NCBI GenBank assembly: GCA_964372375.1 | Contig: CAYJQF010000001.1 | Span: 1-62,052, forward strand | Source of the DNA: Candidatus Woesearchaeota archaeon | GTDB taxonomy: Archaea; Nanobdellota; Nanobdellia; Pacearchaeales; GW2011-AR1 | DNA length: 62,052 nucleotides | Direction: 5' to 3' | Shown here: in pieces, positions 36,102 to 43,974 of the stretch | Layout: every line of letters starts with the position of its first letter | Numbering within the stretch: the stretch's first letter is position 1 | Notes under the pieces: model-generated | The model's database searches: none | Seen by the model: only the letters and a program-made list of their open reading frames with translations | Told to the model about the DNA's origin: nothing | Made by a program: the position numbers and the translations under genes

Positions 36102-37631
36102 CTATTTTTTTAACTTTCGCATTACTTCAACAAGAGGATTTTTTGCTTCCGGCTTCTTGCTGAGCAAATTGAGGTCTTTATAGAAACTCTGGTTATCATA
36201 GTTAGGTGGGAGAATCTTTTTCTTCTGTCGTAAGTGCCAAGTTAGCTGACTTTTGATATACCCTTCTTTTAAGGGTGGCTCGTTTTTTGTATTCCACTCA
36301 TATACGGCTTGTTCGATATACGCTGGGGAGAACTGAAGGCTTTTTAGGAAAGTGATGAGAATAAACAATCCTCGCTTCTTTCCATCTTTCAGTCCTTGTA
36401 AGAGTTTCTTAATTGATTCAGGAAACATCACTTCAGTTACTCCCGTGAGAGGCACATCATAGTGTTCATATGTTTTCTTTTCATATTTTTGTTCATACTT
36501 TTCTTGTGCTTTCTTCCATTCAAGTGCTTCACTAAGTAAACGCCTTGCTTCTCCTTGCACTTCTTCAGGCAAATAGGGTTTAATCTGGACAGTTAAAGGG
36601 TGTGCGTCCCTTGGAGAAAATGATTCCAATTCGCTTTTGGTAAGAACAACACTTGCCAATGCAGTCTTCTCGTGTAATGAATAAGGCATGCGAAAGAGAT
36701 GGCGCGGTGCGACTAACACAAGATCGAGGGAAGCAATCTTTGATGCACTTACTGCTGCCTTCTTATCAAAGTTTTCAGGGTGTTTTTCAGAGCTCAAAGG
36801 TAATTTTTCATTTTCAGGGTCTGTATCATTTTCACAATAATAGTATTCTCGCTCTTCTACTAATTCAGGGATACCTGAACACTGTTCGCGTAAGCAGCGC
36901 AGTTTTCTTTGTATCACGGTGCTGTCTCTGCGCTCCAAGCTGCTTGAGCACACGGGACAAGTAAAAACGCGGATGGTTCCTTTTTTGGCTGGTGTGTTAC
37001 AGATGAGGCAATATCGTTCGGTGAGTTCTTCTTGGGAAACGCTTGTTCGTTGCTCAATAGCGTCTGTGTTAGCGAGAATTGCTGCTGCTCGTACATTATA
37101 CTCCTGTCGAATGTAATGCATTAAATATGCCACCATGGCGCGAGGCCATTCAGGAAACATTTCTTTCATTGTTTTTCCATCATACATCTCAGGAAATGCA
37201 TTGCCTGGAACGAGGATATGAAAGCCTTTACTTCCTGAGAATTTAATGCCGTAATGCTTTACACCATGTTGTTCTAATGCTTTGATAATGAGCTCAGCTG
37301 CAATTTTTGAGCAATCCAAGAAAGGAGAGTCAATATCCAGCAAGAGATCCCAGGATTTTCTCTGCTGTGAAAGTTCTTCAGGACTCATCTCAGCATTAAT
37401 AGCTAAAGGATCATGCCATATCTCTTCTGAGGCATGGAAGCTCGTTGCTCCCCTATTGACCAATCCACTAATATCAGATACATATTGGAGCGTATCAGGA
37501 CGTTTGCCAAATCCCTCAAAATACCGGGGAACAACTTCCCTCTCTTTGGAGAAGGCGAGCAGCGCTTCTTGCACTTTCGGGTTTGCATAATACAGTTTTG
37601 TAATGGCGCGGACCCGTTCCTCTTTTCCCAT
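36102..37631 (-). CDS. priS: DNA primase catalytic subunit (PriS) with C-terminal helical extension
   Basis: AEP motifs LLLDIDSPF (DxD), SGSKGFHILVP and RMPYSLHEKT. Zn knuckles CLICN..CPVCSS. The start is moved to MGKEERV (ATG 37631), about 25 nt after ATATAAAAT. The last 130 aa or so form a Cys-free helical module. Confidence 0.8.
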   Translation of the reverse strand: MGKEERVRAITKLYYANPKVQEALLAFSKEREVVPRYFEGFGKRPDTLQYVSDISGLVNRGATSFHASEEIWHDPLAINAEMSPEELSQQRKSWDLLLDIDSPFLDCSKIAAELIIKALEQHGVKHYGIKFSGSKGFHILVPGNAFPEMYDGKTMKEMFPEWPRAMVAYLMHYIRQEYNVRAAAILANTDAIEQRTSVSQEELTERYCLICNTPAKKGTIRVFTCPVCSSSLERRDSTVIQRKLRCLREQCSGIPELVEEREYYYCENDTDPENEKLPLSSEKHPENFDKKAAVSASKIASLDLVLVAPRHLFRMPYSLHEKTALASVVLTKSELESFSPRDAHPLTVQIKPYLPEEVQGEARRLLSEALEWKKAQEKYEQKYEKKTYEHYDVPLTGVTEVMFPESIKKLLQGLKDGKKRGLFILITFLKSLQFSPAYIEQAVYEWNTKNEPPLKEGYIKSQLTWHLRQKKKILPPNYDNQSFYKDLNLLSKKPEAKNPLVEVMRKLKK

Positions 37632-37669
37632 ACTTTTACCATACCCTCTCATTTTATATGGTTTGTTAT

Positions 37670-37684
37670 GTCAAGGAACTTGAC
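37670..37684. repeat. inverted repeat / hairpin GTCAAG-GAA-CTTGAC
   Basis: Read directly in the primase-PCNA spacer. Confidence 0.8.
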
Positions 37685-37689
37685 AGAAA

Positions 37690-37711
37690 ACAGCACCTTT
37701 TAAGGTGCTGT
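37690..37711. repeat. perfect 22-nt palindrome ACAGCACCTT-TT-AAGGTGCTGT
   Basis: Read directly. It has 10-bp arms and a TATA-like centre (CTTTTAAG). Confidence 0.9.
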
Positions 37712-37727
37712 AGTTCTTTGAACATCC

Positions 37728-37766
37728 AAAGCACGGCTTAAAAGCCGTGGTGGCACATCGTGCTTT
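37728..37766. repeat. nested / mutually exclusive inverted repeats
   Basis: The inner palindrome is CACGGCTT-AA-AAGCCGTG (37732-37749). The outer arms AAAGCACG (37728-37735) and CGTGCTTT (37759-37766) share 4 nt with the inner 5' arm. Confidence 0.85.
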
Positions 37767-37817
37767 TGATACTTAGAGTACAACAAAACTTAAAAGCCCT
37801 TGTATACCTCTCTGAGC

Positions 37818-38543
37818 ATGCATCTTAAACTGGAAAATCCACGCTTATTCTCTGATTTGATAAGCATTATCTCCGAGCTGGTAACTGAGGTGAAGCTTAA
37901 AGTGAGCAAAGAAGGTCTTTCATTAACAGCGATTGATCCGGCAAATGTGGCCATGGTCTATTTTAAAATGCCTGCCGAGCTCTTTGCCCAATTTGAGCTC
38001 GATAAGGAGCATATACTTGGTCTTAATTTGGAGAATGTGAAGGCAGTCTTACGCAGATGTAAGCCTGGCGCGTCACTTACACTTTCCAAGGAAGATAATT
38101 TGCTTAAGCTCGGCATTCAGGATAAGATTAAGCGCGATTTTACCCTAGCCTTGCTGGACATTGACACGGAAGATAAAACGATGCCGCAATGGGAGTTCAA
38201 ATCAGTTATCAAAATGGATGCAAATGCTTTTGCAGAAGTAGTTGAAGATTGCTTAGTAGTCTCAGATGCCTGCACATTTTATGCAGAGCCCAATCGGTTT
38301 ACCGTTGAGGCTTCAGGCCTTAACTCAGCACGGGCGGAATTTTCTGCTGAGGAAATCGAAATATACTCGGATGCAAGCAAAGCCCGCTTCTCCCTGGAAT
38401 ACTTAAATAAATTTACAAAAGGATGCAAGATAGCAGACAGAGTCACTTTGAGCTTCTCAGATAATCATCCGATGCGTATTGATTTTCCATCAGGCAATGT
38501 CATGCTCTCATTTGTCCTAGCTCCCCGAATTGAACAGGAGTAA
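37818..38543 (+). CDS. pcn: DNA polymerase sliding clamp PCNA
   Basis: MHLKLENPRLFSDLISIISELVTEVKLKVSKEGLSLTAIDPANVAMV, about 242 aa. The ATG at 37818 lies about 25 nt after CTTAAAAGCC. Confidence 0.9.
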   Translation: MHLKLENPRLFSDLISIISELVTEVKLKVSKEGLSLTAIDPANVAMVYFKMPAELFAQFELDKEHILGLNLENVKAVLRRCKPGASLTLSKEDNLLKLGIQDKIKRDFTLALLDIDTEDKTMPQWEFKSVIKMDANAFAEVVEDCLVVSDACTFYAEPNRFTVEASGLNSARAEFSAEEIEIYSDASKARFSLEYLNKFTKGCKIADRVTLSFSDNHPMRIDFPSGNVMLSFVLAPRIEQE

Positions 38544-38624
38544 AGCATGTGGTCTATTCTTGGAGAAGGAGTAAAGAAAGCGGCTCCTGCGCTAGGGATT
38601 GCACAGACGCCTGAGTGAGGATAA

Positions 38625-38636
38625 CCTTTAAATACC
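38625..38636 (+). promoter_or_regulatory. TATA-like box of the ribosomal protein superoperon
   Basis: CCTTTAAATACC belongs to the same motif class as the SRP RNA promoter. It lies 100 nt upstream of the rpl3 ATG, which implies an unusual leader of about 75-80 nt. Confidence 0.5.
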
Positions 38637-38735
38637 TTCTTTTCTAGCAGAATAGAGAATCTGCTTGGTCTGCTGCTGATAACACAGGCTGAGTGAGTTG
38701 AGTTGGACTCTTTATGAAATTACACGCTTTAGCAA

Positions 38736-39680
38736 ATGGCAAAATTGTCAAAACCGCGAGAAGGAAGCCTGCAATTCTGGCCGCGTAGTCGTGCTTCCAA
38801 AGTTCTGCCAAGAGTTAACTGGTCTCCCATTAAAACAGACCCCAAACAGGAGAGCATCCTTGGATTCATTACTTACAAAGTAGGCATGGCTACTGTATTA
38901 GTGAAAGACGTGACTGATAAGTCCATGACCGCAGGAAAGAAAATATTTCTTCCGGTAACTATTCTTGAAGCGCCGAACATGAAAGTCTACGCCATCCGCT
39001 TTTATCAGGCAGGAGTGCCCGTGAAGGATGTTGTTGTCTCTTCCGATAAAGAACTGAAGAAACTGGTGCATCTGCCCAAAGAACCGCAGAAACTGGAACC
39101 ACCAGCAGCATATGACGATATACGGATTCTAGTTTATTCTTTAGTTAAACAGACAAATATCAAGAAAACACCCGATATGACTGAACTTGCTATTAATGCA
39201 GCAGACAAGCTTGCATTTGCTAAGAGTTTGCTGGGCAGAGAGCTTTCTCTTGCTGACTTTCTTAAATCCTCCTTAGTAGATGTGCGTGGCCTTACGTCTG
39301 GAAAAGGTTTCTCCGGTGCAGTAAAGAGGTACGGCATTTCATTAAAGCAACACAAGTCTGAGAAAGGAAGAAGGAGACCGGGTAGCCTTGGTCCTTGGCA
39401 TCCGGCACGAGTTACGTTCCGCGTCCCTATGGCAGGACAGCTGGGCATGTTTACGAGAGTGCACTATAATCAGAAAGTTATTACCTCTGCTACTATCGCT
39501 GAAAAGAATATCAACAAGAGCGGTGGCTTTATGCACTATGGGTTAGTCAAAAGCGCGTATCTGCTCGTGCACGGAAGTGTGCAGGGACCAGCAAAGCGGC
39601 AGCTCTTGCTTACTCATCCGCTGCGTCCAACAAAGAAACAATCAAAGCGCAAATACGAATTCCAGGAGATTGTAGCATGA
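38736..39680 (+). CDS. rpl3: 50S ribosomal protein uL3
   Basis: MAKLSKPREGSLQFWPRSRA.., first gene of the canonical block. Confidence 0.93.
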   Translation: MAKLSKPREGSLQFWPRSRASKVLPRVNWSPIKTDPKQESILGFITYKVGMATVLVKDVTDKSMTAGKKIFLPVTILEAPNMKVYAIRFYQAGVPVKDVVVSSDKELKKLVHLPKEPQKLEPPAAYDDIRILVYSLVKQTNIKKTPDMTELAINAADKLAFAKSLLGRELSLADFLKSSLVDVRGLTSGKGFSGAVKRYGISLKQHKSEKGRRRPGSLGPWHPARVTFRVPMAGQLGMFTRVHYNQKVITSATIAEKNINKSGGFMHYGLVKSAYLLVHGSVQGPAKRQLLLTHPLRPTKKQSKRKYEFQEIVA

Positions 39681-40438
39681 AAGCAGCACTATTTGACAGC
39701 AAAGGAGCAAGCACTGCAGACATTGAATTGCCTGCTTTGTTTGCCAGACCAATTCGTGAAGATCTCGTTGCAAAATACGTTGAAGCAACAAAGTTTGCTT
39801 CACGCCAGCCGTATGCCACCTATAAAGAGGCGGGCAAGCGGCATTCAGCTTCCGGGACGATTAGTCATAAGCGCCATGAGTGGAAAGGCCATTATGGTAA
39901 AGGGATTGCCCGGCTTCCTAGAAAATCAATGTGGCGCCGTGGCACGCAGTTTTACTGGGTGGGTGCTGAAGTTTCAAATACGCGTGGCGGCAGAGTTGCG
40001 CATCCTCCTTCGGGTCTAACTGCTTTCAGAAAGATAAACAAGAAAGAGCAGGAACAAGCATTTCATGGTGCACTGGCTGCGACTATGTCATCTTTATATA
40101 TTAAAAAAAGATATGCTACGCTTACAACTCCACGCATGTCTGCCGTTATTGAGTCTTTGCCGGGAAAAACAAAGGAACTTTTTGCTACACTTAAAAACAT
40201 TTTCGGGAATGCTTTTTCTCTGGTTATCAAGCAAAAAGCAGTGCGGGCAGGAAAGGGTAAACGCAGAGGTAGAAAATACAAGGCAAATGCTGGACTTTTA
40301 CTCGTGACAGGCACTAATGAGAGTAAGCCCTTTAAGGGAATAGATTTAGTACAAGCAAAAGAACTTGCCATTACTGATCTCTCTCCCTTGGGCAGGCTCA
40401 CCTTATTCACCAAGCAAGCCTTGAAGGAGTTAGCATGA
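39677..40438 (+). CDS. rpl4: 50S ribosomal protein uL4
   Basis: Archaeal L4 pattern plus position; 4-nt overlap with rpl3. Confidence 0.9.
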   Translation: MKAALFDSKGASTADIELPALFARPIREDLVAKYVEATKFASRQPYATYKEAGKRHSASGTISHKRHEWKGHYGKGIARLPRKSMWRRGTQFYWVGAEVSNTRGGRVAHPPSGLTAFRKINKKEQEQAFHGALAATMSSLYIKKRYATLTTPRMSAVIESLPGKTKELFATLKNIFGNAFSLVIKQKAVRAGKGKRRGRKYKANAGLLLVTGTNESKPFKGIDLVQAKELAITDLSPLGRLTLFTKQALKELA

Positions 40439-40677
40439 TACTAAAGCCAGTCACCTCAGAAAAAGCAGTAAAACTGATTGATACACAGAACACGCTCTTA
40501 TTCCAAGTTGAAAGACAAAATACCAAGGCAGAGATTCAGAAGGAAGTAGAAACCATCTTCAGCGTGAAAGTACGCGGAGTGAGAACTCTTGTCCACCAGA
40601 ATAAAAAGTTCGCCTATGTCAAACTCGATACGAAATATCCCGCTATTGACATAGCTACTAAGGTAGGGATGATGTAA
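40435..40677 (+). CDS. rpl23: 50S ribosomal protein uL23
   Basis: 80 aa, ILKPVTSEKAVKLID..NTLLFQV. Confidence 0.9.
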   Translation: MILKPVTSEKAVKLIDTQNTLLFQVERQNTKAEIQKEVETIFSVKVRGVRTLVHQNKKFAYVKLDTKYPAIDIATKVGMM

Positions 40678-40678
40678 T

Positions 40679-41068
40679 ATGAAAAGAACAATGTTTATCC
40701 GATGGCAAATATATGAATTGGATTTTCCAAGCAGAGTAGCAGGGCTTAATGAGTTAGTAACTTACTTCGGTGTTTCCCCAGAAGATGTCCAAACACATGT
40801 TTTTTTTAGATTGCCAGGTTTTCAAGACGGGACATACCAAATCGGTTTACAGAAACTTGAGTTACGTCAAGAACAATGTTTATCCGATGGAACCAAGATA
40901 GCAATGATTGGAACACACAAGCCAAAAGTATCGCTTATACCTATCAAAACGCCTGAAGCAGAAGAAATTTATGAAAAAATAGCAAGATTATCTTTAGATT
41001 ATATGCTTGGTTTTGTAGAAGGACCACCTATTCCTGAATTTACAAGGATGGCTGGACAGCATGGGTAA
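40679..41068 (+). CDS. hypothetical protein inserted between rpl23 and rpl2
   Basis: 129-aa ORF, 1 nt after the rpl23 stop and overlapping the rpl2 start by 8 nt. It is not r-protein-like, is AT-richer than its flanks and contains a 22-nt direct repeat read in two frames. Confidence 0.55.
   Translation: MKRTMFIRWQIYELDFPSRVAGLNELVTYFGVSPEDVQTHVFFRLPGFQDGTYQIGLQKLELRQEQCLSDGTKIAMIGTHKPKVSLIPIKTPEAEEIYEKIARLSLDYMLGFVEGPPIPEFTRMAGQHG
40684..40705. repeat. 22-nt direct repeat, copy 1 (AAGAACAATGTTTATCCGATGG)
   Basis: Exact match to 40869-40890. Confidence 0.95.
40869..40890. repeat. 22-nt direct repeat, copy 2
   Basis: Exact match to 40684-40705. The 185-nt offset puts the copies in different reading frames. 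Confidence 0.95.
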
Positions 41069-41759
41069 GCGTATCATTTCCCAGGCACGAGGTCATGGTT
41101 CTCTCTCATATCAGGCAAAGAAGCGCGCGTTTATCTACAAAGTAAAGTATCCAATGCATCAAGGTGCTGCTGAGGTGCTTACCGTATTCCATTCTGCAGC
41201 ACATTCAGCACCACTCCTCAAGGTCAGAGCAGGAAAAGAAATCTTCTACAACCCCGCATTCAATGGTGCAGTTTCTGGGCAGACTATTCTCATTTTAGGG
41301 ACGCAGGCACAGCCAGGAAACATTCTTATGCTCAAAGATATTCCGGCAGGTTCAGCAGTCTACAATATAGAAAACAATCCGGGTGATGGTGGAAAAATGA
41401 TTCGTGCAGCAGGTTCATCTGCACTATTGGTAAAGAAACACGAGCACAATAAAGTATCTCTGCTCATGCCTCATAAGAAGGAGATTATTGTCTCAGGTGA
41501 TTGCAGGGCAACCATGGGAGTAATTGCAGGTGCCGGCCGTATTCTCAAACCATTTATAAAGGCGGGGCCGAAGTGGTATAAAATGAAAGCACGTAATAAA
41601 CTCTGGCCTCGGACATCTGCAGTTAAGATGAACGCAGTAGATCATCCGTTCGGCTCTGGTCGGGGAAAGAGAATCAAGTCAAAGATTGCAAAGCGCAATG
41701 CACCACCAGGAACACGAGTAGGTCATATTCGCCCGAGCAGAACAGGGAGGAGAAGATAA
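41061..41759 (+). CDS. rpl2: 50S ribosomal protein uL2
   Basis: MGKRIISQARGHGS.., C-terminal VDHPFGSGRG. Confidence 0.93.
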   Translation: MGKRIISQARGHGSLSYQAKKRAFIYKVKYPMHQGAAEVLTVFHSAAHSAPLLKVRAGKEIFYNPAFNGAVSGQTILILGTQAQPGNILMLKDIPAGSAVYNIENNPGDGGKMIRAAGSSALLVKKHEHNKVSLLMPHKKEIIVSGDCRATMGVIAGAGRILKPFIKAGPKWYKMKARNKLWPRTSAVKMNAVDHPFGSGRGKRIKSKIAKRNAPPGTRVGHIRPSRTGRRR

Positions 41760-42163
41760 TGGTAGAAGAAGTGCTTGTCAGGTCAAAGGAAGTATTTTAC
41801 CGGGGTAAGAACCTGAATGAATTGAAAAATCTTGATGTTCGTGAAGTTGCGAAATACCTGCCCTCTCGAAGCCGTCGTTCAGTATTACGAAATTTCCAGG
41901 TCATAGAAAAGTTTGTAAAGCGCTGTGAGACGGCACTTGCAAACAATAAACGGATTCGAACTCATTTGCGTGACTTAGTGATTGTGCCTAAGCTGGTAGG
42001 TATGCACATTGCAGTCCATAGTGGCAAGGCGTTCAATGAAGTACAAATTAAACACACGATGATAGGTCATCGTCTGGGCGAATTTGCCTTAACGCGGGGC
42101 AGAGTCACTCATGGTAAACCAGGTCTGGGAGCAACGAAGAGCTCCTCGACGGAGAAGAAGTAA
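41759..42163 (+). CDS. rps19: 30S ribosomal protein uS19
   Basis: Archaeal S19 pattern (HSGKAFNEVQIKHTMIGHRLGEFALTR). Confidence 0.9.
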   Translation: MVEEVLVRSKEVFYRGKNLNELKNLDVREVAKYLPSRSRRSVLRNFQVIEKFVKRCETALANNKRIRTHLRDLVIVPKLVGMHIAVHSGKAFNEVQIKHTMIGHRLGEFALTRGRVTHGKPGLGATKSSSTEKK

Positions 42164-42164
42164 C

Positions 42165-42791
42165 ATGGAAAAGCAATATGCGCCAACAAATGCAGAGAAG
42201 AAGCAGCCACAGAAGATTAAGCAGAGCCAGCAATTGTCAAAGCAAAATACAAATGTCAAGTCAGAGAGAGGAGAGGAAAAACAGGAAGAAAAAAAGATAG
42301 ATGTTGTACCAGATACTACGAAAGGTCCAGAGATAAGAGAAACAAAAGAGAAAGAACAGAAACAAGAGACGAAGCAGGAAGCAAAGCCTCAGAAGGTCAA
42401 GAAAGAAGAAGCGATAGCTCGCGGAGATTCACTCTCCATGTCAAAGAAACACGGCATGTACTTGTGTTCATTCATCAAGCAGAAGAGTGTGGATACAGCA
42501 CTTGCAGAACTGGAGGAAGTGATAAAATTGAAGAGAGCCATACCCTTTAAGGGAGAGATCCCGCATCGCCATAATCCAGGCATGATGTCAGGAAGGTATC
42601 CGGTAAATGCTTCAAAATGCATGATTCAGGTTCTGAAAGGCTTGCGGGGAAATATACTTGCAAATGGACTTTCCGTGGATAAGGCAAAGATTTATTGGGC
42701 ATCAGCTTCCTGGGCATCACGCCCTGCACGACGAGGTGGCACGAGGTTTAAAAGAGCACACATCATCCTCAAAGCTAAGGAGTTTACCTAA
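42165..42791 (+). CDS. rpl22: 50S ribosomal protein uL22 with an N-terminal K/E/Q-rich extension of about 95 aa
   Basis: The core starts near ARGDSLSMSKKHGMYLCSFIKQKSVDTALAELEEVI. ATG 42165 lies just after the rps19 stop, so the ORF-track start at 42111 was rejected. Confidence 0.88.
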   Translation: MEKQYAPTNAEKKQPQKIKQSQQLSKQNTNVKSERGEEKQEEKKIDVVPDTTKGPEIRETKEKEQKQETKQEAKPQKVKKEEAIARGDSLSMSKKHGMYLCSFIKQKSVDTALAELEEVIKLKRAIPFKGEIPHRHNPGMMSGRYPVNASKCMIQVLKGLRGNILANGLSVDKAKIYWASASWASRPARRGGTRFKRAHIILKAKEFT

Positions 42792-43462
42792 TGGAAGAGA
42801 AAAAATTTGTCATCTTTAAGAAAGAAGAACTGGGCGTAAAAGAATATATAAAGAAAGAGTTGGGCAAAGGGCGTATTAGCGCAGTTACCATCGAGTACAC
42901 ACCCATTGGAGAAAAGATAGTGATTGCGACAAGCAAGCCGGGCCTGGTTATTGGAAGGAGGGGAGAGAAAATTGATGAGCTCACTCGTGTATTGAAGAAG
43001 CGCTTTAAGCTTGACAATCCTCATATTGAAATTCGTGAGATTTTGGAGCCGCGATTGGATGCGCAGCTTGTTGCTGATGAAATTGCTTTAAGCTTGGAAC
43101 GCCAAGGCTCACTCAAATTCAAAGTGGTTGCATATAAAATGCTTCAGGAAATTATGCGTGCCAGCGCCCTAGGAGCAGAAATTGTACTATCAGGCAGATT
43201 ACCGAGTGAGCGGGCAAAGTCTTGGCGGTTTGCGCAAGGGTATCTAAAGAAAACAGGCGATCCGGCAAAAGTAGTGGACAAGGCAACAGCGCAGGCAATT
43301 AATATAGCCGGGGTTACTGGTATTAAAGTAAGCATTCTGCCGCCACATGCACTCATTCATGACCGGATTGTTGTTGATGATGCATTCAAAGCAAAGCTCA
43401 CACAGCATTCGTTGGTTGTTGAAGAACCAGCCGTAAAGAAAAAGCGGGGAGGCAAGAAGTAA
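42791..43462 (+). CDS. rps3: 30S ribosomal protein uS3
   Basis: KH domain (KPGLVIGRRGEKIDEL) and position. Confidence 0.92.
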   Translation: MEEKKFVIFKKEELGVKEYIKKELGKGRISAVTIEYTPIGEKIVIATSKPGLVIGRRGEKIDELTRVLKKRFKLDNPHIEIREILEPRLDAQLVADEIALSLERQGSLKFKVVAYKMLQEIMRASALGAEIVLSGRLPSERAKSWRFAQGYLKKTGDPAKVVDKATAQAINIAGVTGIKVSILPPHALIHDRIVVDDAFKAKLTQHSLVVEEPAVKKKRGGKK

Positions 43463-43663
43463 ATGGCCTTAATAAAAGCAAAAGATGCAGCAAAAATGAA
43501 CAAGGAAGAGCTGGAAGCAAAGATGAAAGATGTGCGCTTTGAGTTGGTAAAGGCGAATGTTACCGCACATAAAGCTTCAGCAAAGACTAAAGAAATAAAA
43601 AAAACAATTGCCCGTCTATTCACGTTCCAAAAAATGAAAACGGAGGTGTCGGCAAAGAATTGA
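43463..43663 (+). CDS. rpl29: 50S ribosomal protein uL29
   Basis: 66 aa, MNKEELEAKMKDVRFELVKA. Confidence 0.9.
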   Translation: MALIKAKDAAKMNKEELEAKMKDVRFELVKANVTAHKASAKTKEIKKTIARLFTFQKMKTEVSAKN

Positions 43664-43664
43664 T

Positions 43665-43973
43665 ATGGAAAGCGATCCTGATCCACGGCTCGGACTACCA
43701 ACGGGCGCTGATATATTCGAGGAGATTGCCAAGAGCGAGCAGAAAATAAGCATCACTACCGTTTCACGGCGATACGGCAAGATTACTACGCTTGTTCAAG
43801 GATTTGAGAAGACAGTTGATATCAAAGGCACTGCAAAAAAGCTTAAAGAGCGGCTTGCATGTGGGGGAACAGTCAAAGAAAATATTATTGAACTTCAGGG
43901 AAATCACAAGAAACAAGTCAAACCAATTTTGGTCAAGCTTGGATTCCCTGAGGCATCCATAACCGACTCATAA
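43665..43973 (+). CDS. sui1: translation initiation factor aSUI1/eIF1
   Basis: RRYGKITTLVQGFE..LKERLACGGTVKENIIELQGNHK. Confidence 0.88.
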   Translation: MESDPDPRLGLPTGADIFEEIAKSEQKISITTVSRRYGKITTLVQGFEKTVDIKGTAKKLKERLACGGTVKENIIELQGNHKKQVKPILVKLGFPEASITDS

Positions 43974-43974
43974 C

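Noticed and set aside
38660-38720. Possible C/D-box sRNA in the rpl3 leader (TGATAA .. CTGA)
   Set aside because: The C box is imperfect, the spacing to CTGA is too short for a guide, and there is no terminal stem. It is not supportable by eye.
42111-42164. Upstream start for rpl22 overlapping rps19 by 53 nt
   Set aside because: The ATG at 42165 directly follows the rps19 stop, which fits the tight coupling seen throughout the operon. The extra 18 residues are translated from the rps19 coding sequence in another frame.
43357-43701. 114-aa minus-strand ORF
   Set aside because: It is antisense to rps3, rpl29 and sui1, all of which are confidently identified.
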